Assembly (NCBI GenBank): GCA_963794465.1
Contig: CAWCED010000009.1
Coordinates: 22,518-46,517, forward strand
Direction of reading: 5' to 3'
DNA: 24,000 nt
DNA from: an uncultured Actinomycetota bacterium
Lineage (GTDB): Bacteria > Actinomycetota > Actinomycetes > Jiangellales > Jiangellaceae
Shown: piece after piece, positions 1 to 7,136 of the stretch
How positions within the stretch are numbered: position 1 is the stretch's first letter
How the letters are laid out: the number at the start of each line of letters is the position of its first letter
Program-made: the position numbers and the translations under genes
The notes under the pieces: generated by a model
Told to the model about the DNA's origin: nothing
The model's input: the letters and a program-made list of their open reading frames with translations, nothing else
Databases searched by the model: none

Positions 1-767
1 GAAACTTCGGTGACTGGTTGAGCCCGCTGATCTTCAATGCCAAGACGGACCGATCCATCGTCTACCAGAGTCCCACGGCGCCCACGCGCGACTCACACGT
101 CATCTCCATCGGCTCCATCGGACGGTTCATCAAGCCCGGCTCAATCGTGGTCGGCACGGGCATCAGCAGTACCGAGATCGAGCTCGCTCGAAAGGCGCAT
201 TACGTCTCTGTCCGAGGTCCAATCACCGCTGAGCTCGTCGAACGGTCCGGCGGGCCGAACATCGAGAGCTTCGGCGATCCGGGTCTACTCATCGCCAGCA
301 TCATTCCGTTGGAAAGGGGGTTGACGAACGGCCGGATAGCCCTGGTGCGGCACTTCACTCATGCCAATCTGCCGATCACGCTCGCGGACAACATGGACGA
401 ACTCAGTGTCCTGATGTCACATCCGAATGCGATCCGTTCATTTGTGACCGAGTTGAACCAGTACGACGCCGTGGTCACTAGCGCGATGCACGTGATGATC
501 ATCTGCCACAGCTACGGCATTCCCTGCTCCTTGATCACCTTCGAAGGTTTCGAATCGACGGTTCACGGGACCGGAATCAAGTATCAGGATTACTGCTTGG
601 GCGCCGGCCTGGAAACCGTATACGAACCCGTGACCGTGTATTCGGACTTGCGCCGCGGCAACCTCGAATCCATGATTTCAAAGGAGCAGGTCTCAGCGCA
701 AAAGTTGGCCGAAATCGATCAGGCCGTCACCGCCGGAATCTCCATATTTCTCTCGATGAACACCTAG
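1..767 (+). CDS. Polysaccharide pyruvyl transferase family protein (5' end cut by window edge)
   Basis: The frame is open from nt 3: codons 3-17 read NFGDW ahead of the listed TTG at 18, so the true start lies upstream. NFGDWLSPLIF, GDPGLL and SAMHVMIICHSYGIPC match the pattern I associate with PF04230 (CsaB/WcaK-type) pyruvyl transferases. Stop TAG at 765-767. Confidence 0.72.
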   Translation, partial: NFGDWLSPLIFNAKTDRSIVYQSPTAPTRDSHVISIGSIGRFIKPGSIVVGTGISSTEIELARKAHYVSVRGPITAELVERSGGPNIESFGDPGLLIASIIPLERGLTNGRIALVRHFTHANLPITLADNMDELSVLMSHPNAIRSFVTELNQYDAVVTSAMHVMIICHSYGIPCSLITFEGFESTVHGTGIKYQDYCLGAGLETVYEPVTVYSDLRRGNLESMISKEQVSAQKLAEIDQAVTAGISIFLSMNT

Positions 768-768
768 C

Positions 769-1545
769 ATGCTCGCCCACCTGGCCGTCGCATACGGGAG
801 GTTGTTTCCTACCCGCAAGAGTCGAGTAGCCGTCGGCTTCCTCGTCGTGGTCACGGCGGCCGTTCCGATCTCGGAGATGCTGGTGCTCAAGCTGTTCTCG
901 GCACTGATCATCGACGGGCCGGAAACCTTCGCCCAGGATCCGAATGCTGCCATTCTGATGATCGGCATCTTCTTCGTCGCCCTCGGTATCAGCCGCGGGG
1001 CGCATCACCTCGTTCGGCTGGGCCGAGTACGGGTCTACCGAGACGGTTTCGAGGCCTCGGGACGGACGCCCAGTCCCAGCCAGGAGAGCTGGGACTGGGC
1101 ACTGGCGTTCGAGTTGTCCGGAGTCTTCGTCATCCTGGTCCAGACCGTCACGTTCAGCGCGTTGTTCCTTCTCATCGATTGGCCCACTGGCATACTCAAC
1201 ATCCTGGTGAGCGTCATTTCGCTGGCCTTGGTTTCTGTGCTCTACCGCCGACAGTTCGCCTTGCAGAAGGACTACGTAGCGATGGGCAGCCGCCCCGGCA
1301 CCGTTGCCATTTCCGAACGAGTAGGCGAGCGAATCCGAGATGCGGAGTTCGGGGCTATGCCGGCCACCGTGGCCATGATGCTGGTGCTGGTCTGCATACT
1401 TCTCCGCACGCTCTCTGGCGATGTCAGCGGCGCGGACGCCATTGTGCTGTTCCTTGGTGTACGCCTGCTCTCCGGGCAACTCGGGACGCTCTCGGCCGGA
1501 ATCATGCGGTTTGCCCGCGCATCAGCGCGACGAGGAGACAACTGA
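769..1545 (+). CDS. Polytopic membrane protein resembling the transmembrane domain of a type-I ABC exporter; no ATPase domain
   Basis: The ATG at 769 lies 1 nt after the upstream stop (TAG-c-ATG), suggesting coupling. About six hydrophobic helices are spaced as in ABC_membrane domains (N-terminal LFPTRKSRVAVGFLVV..., paired helices around WDWALAFELSGVFVILVQTV...LIDWPTGILNILVSVISLALV). The ORF ends after ~258 aa with no Walker A/B or LSGGQ. Confidence 0.6.
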   Translation: MLAHLAVAYGRLFPTRKSRVAVGFLVVVTAAVPISEMLVLKLFSALIIDGPETFAQDPNAAILMIGIFFVALGISRGAHHLVRLGRVRVYRDGFEASGRTPSPSQESWDWALAFELSGVFVILVQTVTFSALFLLIDWPTGILNILVSVISLALVSVLYRRQFALQKDYVAMGSRPGTVAISERVGERIRDAEFGAMPATVAMMLVLVCILLRTLSGDVSGADAIVLFLGVRLLSGQLGTLSAGIMRFARASARRGDN

Positions 1546-1550
1546 GCGCC

Positions 1551-2378
1551 ATGTCGAATGCGACTCTTCTCACGATCGGGTACTCCACCCTCGTCACGAG
1601 GGCACACAACATCTCGTTGGCGGGGATCGGTCCCGACATCGAGGTGCTGCTGTGCATCCAGGGTGGATCCCCGTTGTGGAACACGGAGTTTGCGCAAGCG
1701 CGCATTGTGCCCGTCCCTGGAATAGGAGTAGCGAAAAGCCGAAACGCGTCAATCGACCATGCGACCAGCCGCTACCTGCTGTTCTGCGACGACGATGTGG
1801 TAGTGAATCTTCCCGGTGTCTTCCAGGGAATCCGGCACTTGCAGCAAACCGGCCATGCGCTCGCTCTCGGCCAAGGGGTGAATCCAACTGGAACGATGCG
1901 GAAGAAGTACCCGTTGTCCGTGACGCGCCTCACCCGGTTCAACTCCGCCAAGGCAGCCACCTACGAAATGCTGATCGATCTGGCCCAGGTCCGAGCCAAA
2001 GGGCTGCGTTTCGATGAGCGCTTTGGCGCCGGTGTTGATCTGCATCTCGGCGACGAGTACATCTTCATCACGGATCTGCTGCGCGCGGGGCTCTGCGCTG
2101 ATGCGGTACCCCTGATCTTCGGGACGCATCCGCACGTGAGTTCGGGCTGCCAGTGGGGCAAAACCGATAGCGACCACGCCCGAGCCGTGACCCTGAACCA
2201 TGTCTTCGGGCCGTGGGCCTTCTGGGCGCGCATCGGGTTCGGCTTGAAGAACCGCGCGAACCTCGGCGATTGGCGCGCATTCCTGACATTCATCACTGAC
2301 GACGCTCAGCCACCAGTGGCTGAGCCCTCAACCTCGGTCCTTTCCCGGCCGTGGCGGGCGACGGACAGCGCCCGATAA
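1551..2378 (+). CDS. Family 2 (GT-A fold) glycosyltransferase
   Basis: The ATG at 1551 is in frame within ORF 1179-2378 and lies 5 nt after the upstream stop. GVAKSRNASIDHATSRYLLFCDDDVVV gives a DxD/DDD motif in a typical GT2 N-terminal context. The part of the ORF upstream of 1551 is Arg/His/Pro-rich and overlaps the membrane-protein gene, so it was discarded. Confidence 0.75.
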   Translation: MSNATLLTIGYSTLVTRAHNISLAGIGPDIEVLLCIQGGSPLWNTEFAQARIVPVPGIGVAKSRNASIDHATSRYLLFCDDDVVVNLPGVFQGIRHLQQTGHALALGQGVNPTGTMRKKYPLSVTRLTRFNSAKAATYEMLIDLAQVRAKGLRFDERFGAGVDLHLGDEYIFITDLLRAGLCADAVPLIFGTHPHVSSGCQWGKTDSDHARAVTLNHVFGPWAFWARIGFGLKNRANLGDWRAFLTFITDDAQPPVAEPSTSVLSRPWRATDSAR

Positions 2379-2388
2379 CCTCGCGCTC

Positions 2389-4458
2389 ATGGCGCGCAGC
2401 CTGTACGTGACCTCCCCGGAGGCCGAGACGGGCAAGGGCACGGTGGCGCTCGGGGCGCTCGACCTGTTGACCCGTCGAGTCGGCCGGGTCGGCGTGTTCC
2501 GTCCCATCGTTCGTTCCGACGACGGCAGGGACTACGTCCTGGAACTGCTGCTCGACCACGAAGGCGTCGACATCTCCTACGAGCTGGCCATAGGGGTGAG
2601 CTACGACCTGGTCCACAGCGACCCTGACGGAGCCATGTCGACGATCGTCGATCGGTACCACGCCGCAGCAGCAGGTCGCGACGCCGTGATCATCGTCGGC
2701 AGCGACTACACCGGAGTGGGCAGCCCAACTGAGTTCTCGTACAACGTCAGCGTCGCTGCCAACCTCGGTGCACCGATATTGCTCGTGGTGCATGGCCGCG
2801 GCCGGTCGCCAGCTGACGTGCGCACTGTCGCCGATGTCGCAACCACCGAGATTGCGGCGAGGTACGGTCGGCTGCTCGCCATCGTCGCCAACCGCGTCGA
2901 CCCTGATCAACTCGACGCTGTGCAGCAGGCCCTGGCTGGACCGGTTCCCGCCTATGTCATCCCGCAGGAGCCGATTCTGACGGCTCCGACAGTCGGTGAC
3001 CTGCTCGAGGCGTGCGACGGCGAACTGCGCAGCGGTGATCCGGAGCTGTTGAGCCGCGAGGCTCTGGACGTCCTGGTCGGAGCCATGACTCTCCCCAACG
3101 CCCTGGACCGGCTGGTGGACGGCGGCGTTGTGGTCACGCCGAGCGACCGGGTCGACCTGCTCCTCGGCGTGCTGATGGCACACGCATCGCACACGTTTCC
3201 AACATTGGCCGGGGTATTCCTCAACGGCGGGTTCGAGATACCACCGCAGATCGACCAGCTCGTTGCGGGTCTCGGACCACGGTTGCCGGTTGTGACGACC
3301 AAGGGTGACACGTATGGCACCGCAACCAGGCTTGCGTCCGCGCGGGGCCGTATCACAAAACAGTCCCCGCGCAAGGTCGAGACCGCGCTGACGCTGTTCG
3401 AGAAGCACGTCGGCGGCAGCGAGTTGCTTGCCCGGCTCGACGTGACCCGCAGCGAGGTCGTCACGCCGTTGATGTTCGAACACGAGCTACTCGACCGGGC
3501 CCGGGTCCACCCGTGCCACATCGTGCTGCCGGAGGGCGAAGAGGAGCGCATCCTGCGGGCCGCTGACACGCTGCTACGACGGGAAGTGGCCGAGCTCACA
3601 CTGCTCGGGGATCCGGTGGTGGTCCGGGGGAAGGCCGACCAGCTCGGCCAGGACATCAGCGCGGCACAGGTCATCGACCCCCACGATCCGGAGCTGCTCG
3701 AGCGATTTGCCGCGGAATATACGGTCCTGCGGGCCCACAAGGGCATGACGGTGGATGCCGCGCGTGACGTGGTCGTCGACGTGTCGTACTTCGGCACCAT
3801 GATGGTGCTGCTCGGTCTGGCGGACGGCATGGTGTCGGGGTCGGTACATACGACTGCGCACACGATCCGGCCGGCATTCGAGGTCATCCGCACTTCGCCC
3901 GGCGTATCGATCGTGTCCAGCGTGTTTTTCATGTGCCTGCCTGACCGGGTGCTCGTGTACGGCGACTGCGCGGTCAACCCGGATCCGACGGCGGAGCAGC
4001 TCGCCGACATCGCCATCTCGTCAGCGACGACTGCTGTGCAGTTCGGTATCGACCCCCGCGTTGCGATGCTGTCGTACTCCACCGGCGAATCGGGCTCCGG
4101 CACGGATGTGGACAAGGTCCGCGAGGCGACCAAGCTGGTCCGCGAGCGTCGGGCCGATCTGTCCGTCGAAGGCCCGATCCAGTACGACGCCGCCGTAGAC
4201 GTCAGCGTTGCGCAAACCAAGCTGCCGGACAGTCAGGTCGCCGGGCGCGCCACGGTCTTCGTGTTTCCCGATCTCAACACCGGCAACAACACGTACAAGG
4301 CGGTCCAGCGGTCCGCGGACGCCATAGCGGTCGGCCCGCTTCTGCAGGGTCTACGCATGCCGGTGAACGACCTGTCCCGCGGCGCCCTCGTTCGCGACAT
4401 CGTGAACACGGTCGCGATCACGGCGATCCAGGCTGTTGTGGACACCGACGATGACTGA
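2389..4458 (+). CDS. pta: Phosphate acetyltransferase, long form (N-terminal P-loop-like/DRTGG region plus C-terminal PTA domain)
   Basis: 689 aa. The N-terminus MARSLYVTSPEAETGKGTVALG resembles long Pta proteins. The C-terminal domain carries HIVLPEGEEERILRAA, VSGSVHTTAHTIRPA, YGDCAVNPDPTAEQLADIA and VFPDLNTGNNTYK. It is immediately followed by ackA. Confidence 0.95.
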   Translation: MARSLYVTSPEAETGKGTVALGALDLLTRRVGRVGVFRPIVRSDDGRDYVLELLLDHEGVDISYELAIGVSYDLVHSDPDGAMSTIVDRYHAAAAGRDAVIIVGSDYTGVGSPTEFSYNVSVAANLGAPILLVVHGRGRSPADVRTVADVATTEIAARYGRLLAIVANRVDPDQLDAVQQALAGPVPAYVIPQEPILTAPTVGDLLEACDGELRSGDPELLSREALDVLVGAMTLPNALDRLVDGGVVVTPSDRVDLLLGVLMAHASHTFPTLAGVFLNGGFEIPPQIDQLVAGLGPRLPVVTTKGDTYGTATRLASARGRITKQSPRKVETALTLFEKHVGGSELLARLDVTRSEVVTPLMFEHELLDRARVHPCHIVLPEGEEERILRAADTLLRREVAELTLLGDPVVVRGKADQLGQDISAAQVIDPHDPELLERFAAEYTVLRAHKGMTVDAARDVVVDVSYFGTMMVLLGLADGMVSGSVHTTAHTIRPAFEVIRTSPGVSIVSSVFFMCLPDRVLVYGDCAVNPDPTAEQLADIAISSATTAVQFGIDPRVAMLSYSTGESGSGTDVDKVREATKLVRERRADLSVEGPIQYDAAVDVSVAQTKLPDSQVAGRATVFVFPDLNTGNNTYKAVQRSADAIAVGPLLQGLRMPVNDLSRGALVRDIVNTVAITAIQAVVDTDDD

Positions 4459-5662
4459 GCACGTTCTGGTGCTCAACTGCGGTTCCTCGTCGATCAAATA
4501 CCAGCTTGTCAACGTGGCGGACGGGGTCGTGCCGGCACGCGGTCTAGCGGAGAGGATCGGTGAGGCGACGGGCCGGTTGCGGCACACGGGGCAGGACGAG
4601 GAACTCGACCGCAACGAGCCGATTGCAGACCACGAGGCCGGGCTCCGTGAGATCCTCGCCGCGTTCGAGCAGACTGGCCCACTGCTCGACGACGCAACAC
4701 TCGCCGCCGTCGGTCACCGGGTCGTCCACGGCGGGGACGAGTTCGCCGACCCCGTGCTGATCACCGATGCGGTCATCGATGCGATCGGCCGGCTCACGGC
4801 CCTCGCGCCTTTACACAACCCAGCGAACCTGGCCGGAATCCGGGTCGCCCAGGCGGCGCTCCCCAAGACTCCGCAGGTGGCGGTCTTCGATACCGCATTC
4901 CACCAGACCCTGCCGCGCCACGCTTACACGTACGCAATCCCGGCAGCCTGGCGCATCGAGCACGGCGTACGCCGCTACGGGTTCCACGGCACGTCGATCG
5001 CGTACGTCAGCCGGGAGGCTGCCAAGCTGCTCGGCCGGGAAACCGACGACTGCAACCTGATCGTCCTGCACCTCGGCAACGGAGCCAGCGCGACCGCTGT
5101 TTCCAACGGACACAGCGTCGACACCTCCATGGGGCTGACCCCTCTCGAAGGCCTGGTCATGGGCACCCGCAGCGGCGACGTCGACGCCGCCGTGGTAGCA
5201 CATCTGCGGCGGGTCGCCGACCTGCCTGCTGACGACGTCGACCAGCAGCTGAATTGGGCCAGCGGCCTCACCGGTCTGGCCGGCGTGAACGACATGCGCG
5301 AGATCCACCGGCGCGCCGAGGCCGGAGAGGACGATGCTCAGCTCGCGCTCAGGGTGTACTGCTACCGAATTCGCAAGTACGTCGGCGCATACTACGCGGT
5401 GCTCGGCCGGGTCGACGGGATCGTCTTCACCGCTGGAATCGGCGAGAACAACCCGGACGTCCGGGCGCGCTCATTACAAGGCTTGGAGCAACTGGGCATC
5501 GCGATCGATCCCGTGCGCAACACGTCCAGCGATCGCTCGGCTCGTGTCGTCTCGACTGAGCGGGCCGACGTTGCCGTGCTCGTGGTCCCGACGAACGAGG
5601 AACTCGAGATCGCCCGGCAGAGTCTGGCCGTCGTCAACCCAGCGTCGACCCGCGCTCCCTGA
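4451..5662 (+). CDS. ackA: Acetate kinase
   Basis: MTEHVLVLNCGSSSIKYQL, VGHRVVHGG, APLHNPANL, FDTAFHQT, RRYGFHGTS and FTAGIGEN are all present. I chose the ATG at 4451 (8-nt overlap ATGACTGA with the pta stop) over the GTG at 4436, because acetate kinases normally have only a few residues before VLVLNCGSS. Either start remains possible. Confidence 0.93.
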   Translation: MTEHVLVLNCGSSSIKYQLVNVADGVVPARGLAERIGEATGRLRHTGQDEELDRNEPIADHEAGLREILAAFEQTGPLLDDATLAAVGHRVVHGGDEFADPVLITDAVIDAIGRLTALAPLHNPANLAGIRVAQAALPKTPQVAVFDTAFHQTLPRHAYTYAIPAAWRIEHGVRRYGFHGTSIAYVSREAAKLLGRETDDCNLIVLHLGNGASATAVSNGHSVDTSMGLTPLEGLVMGTRSGDVDAAVVAHLRRVADLPADDVDQQLNWASGLTGLAGVNDMREIHRRAEAGEDDAQLALRVYCYRIRKYVGAYYAVLGRVDGIVFTAGIGENNPDVRARSLQGLEQLGIAIDPVRNTSSDRSARVVSTERADVAVLVVPTNEELEIARQSLAVVNPASTRAP

Positions 5663-5701
5663 CAAGTCGGGTCCCCGACCGGCTCAGCGCATACTGTCCC
5701 C

Positions 5702-6310
5702 ATGGAGCCCTTGGCCACGTTCCTCGACGACCCGCCGCTGACCGATGCCGTAGAAGCGGTCTACAAGGACGATCTCGCCTCCGACGGGTACGTCAACAAT
5801 GCGACCCGCGCATGGGGATGGCGTCCTGACCTGTTGACGGCGTTCCAAGACCTTCGCGATCAATTGGTTGCCGCGTCCAGCCTGACCCCGCGCGAAGTCG
5901 CGGTCATGGTCGCCACCACCGCCGCTGCGAGAGGTGACTCCTATTGCGCGTTCGCGTGGGGAATCAAGTTGGCCAGACTCAGCGACGAGGGCACCGCTGC
6001 GAGTGTGCTCGCAGGCGACCCGGCGGATCTGTCCAGCCGAGAGGCGGCACTTGCCGACTGGTCCCGGCAGGTGGTCCGAGACCCGAACGCCACCACCGAC
6101 GCAGATGTGCAGGTTCTGCGGCGGGCAGGGTTCGACGACCGCGAGATCCTCGAGGCCACGGTGTGGATCGGGTTCCGGCTGGCGTTTTCGACCATCAACG
6201 ACGCGGTGGGCGCGGCGCCGGACCGTCAAATGATCGAGGGTGCTCCCGAGGGCGTCCGGGGAGCAATCACGTTTGGGCGCCGGCCCGCCTCCGACCACTC
6301 GGACGACTAG
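5702..6310 (+). CDS. Carboxymuconolactone decarboxylase / AhpD-like family protein (degenerate active-site motif)
   Basis: 202 aa. The all-helical pattern includes TPREVAVMVATTAAARGDSYCAFAWG, and LSSREAALADWSRQVVRDP...ADVQVLRRAGFDDREILEA is typical of peroxidase-related CMD proteins. No Shine-Dalgarno precedes the ATG. The opposite-strand ORF 5684-6298 has no recognisable motifs. Confidence 0.7.
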   Translation: MEPLATFLDDPPLTDAVEAVYKDDLASDGYVNNATRAWGWRPDLLTAFQDLRDQLVAASSLTPREVAVMVATTAAARGDSYCAFAWGIKLARLSDEGTAASVLAGDPADLSSREAALADWSRQVVRDPNATTDADVQVLRRAGFDDREILEATVWIGFRLAFSTINDAVGAAPDRQMIEGAPEGVRGAITFGRRPASDHSDD

Positions 6311-7013
6311 AGCGGTCAGTGGGCACCAACTCGGCCACGTACGCCTCGAGCCGATCGGTCAGCTCGGCAGGCCGGCTCAGCGCAACCAAATGACCGCCGG
6401 CCATCTCGTCCGGTGTTATGCCGAGCCGCTCGCGGGCAACCTGGCGCTGGAACTCGGCCGGGAAGAAGCGGTCGTCCCGGGCGGTCAGGACTCGGGTCGG
6501 GACGTGGGGCCACGCCGCCAGCGGCCACGGCTGGGCCATCGGGGTTGACGACTGCGCAGGCTCGCCGCGTCTCATCGCCTCATCGACCACGTCCTGCGGG
6601 ATGTCATGGAAGAACTCCTCGAACGGATCGAACTCGCCGCTCAACGTTCGGCCCGGGTGCTCGGCGTGCTCGGCACGAGCCTGGTCGTGACGCGTGTTGG
6701 TCCACCATTCCTCGCCCGACTCACCCGGTGACGGGATCATCGCGTTGAGCAGAACCAGCAGGTCGACCGGAACTCGTTCGCACACGATCGGCGCTGTGAA
6801 CCCGCCAAGTGACTGGGCGACCAGTACCAGTTGGCGCCTGTCGCCGACCGCCTGCACCACAGCCTCGACGTACTCGGACAGACCCGCAGTCTCATCAGCA
6901 GCGGGCAGATCGACGGCCACTCCCACGCGCCCCCGCCGGTCCAGCTCGGCGACCACCCGGTGCCAATACCAGGCTTCTCCGCCCGCGCCGGGGATCAATA
7001 CGAATGTCACCAC
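6267..7013 (-). CDS. Alpha/beta hydrolase (SABP2/methylesterase-like subfamily)
   Basis: GTG start at 7013 with AGGAGG 7 nt upstream. FVLIPGAGGEAWYWHRV is the oxyanion region. AQSLGG is the nucleophile elbow (GxSxG-type). ARDDRFFP and GGHLVALSRP are candidate Asp and His of the triad. Confidence 0.8.
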   Translation of the reverse strand: MVTFVLIPGAGGEAWYWHRVVAELDRRGRVGVAVDLPAADETAGLSEYVEAVVQAVGDRRQLVLVAQSLGGFTAPIVCERVPVDLLVLLNAMIPSPGESGEEWWTNTRHDQARAEHAEHPGRTLSGEFDPFEEFFHDIPQDVVDEAMRRGEPAQSSTPMAQPWPLAAWPHVPTRVLTARDDRFFPAEFQRQVARERLGITPDEMAGGHLVALSRPAELTDRLEAYVAELVPTDRSSRPSGRRRAGAQT

Positions 7014-7112
7014 CCTGTTGCCTCCTGTCGCTTACTGATTCAACTCAGCGTCGCGGCGAAACTCATCGGTGGTGAGGTCGGAAATCGTCCGGTCCTGGGA
7101 AACGGCGGCTGG

Positions 7113-7136
7113 CCAGCGGGTCACTCGACCCGCTGG
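7113..7136 (-). terminator. Candidate intrinsic terminator hairpin overlapping the deoA stop codon
   Basis: Perfect 10-bp GC-rich stem CCAGCGGGTC / GACCCGCTGG with a 4-nt loop. On the minus-strand RNA the UGA stop of deoA lies at the loop/stem junction. Only a weak GUUUCCC run follows ~10 nt downstream, so there is no classical U-tract. Confidence 0.5.

Noticed and set aside
1179-1550. Upstream extension of the GT2 ORF (399-aa version), overlapping the membrane-protein gene
   Set aside because: The extension is His/Arg/Pro-rich, lies out of frame inside a hydrophobic-protein gene, and GT2 homology begins only after the ATG at 1551.
2293-4220. 396-aa (2293-3483) and 422-aa (2952-4220) minus-strand ORFs inside pta
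   Set aside because: Both are Ser/Thr/Arg-rich antisense translations of a gene with full-length Pta motifs. Neither has a start context or a partner gene.
7108-7117. Perfect 10-bp palindrome GCTGGCCAGC just downstream of deoA
   Set aside because: It has no loop, so it is not a hairpin itself, and it overlaps the left arm of the much stronger 7113-7136 stem. It is most simply part of that terminator context rather than a separate site.
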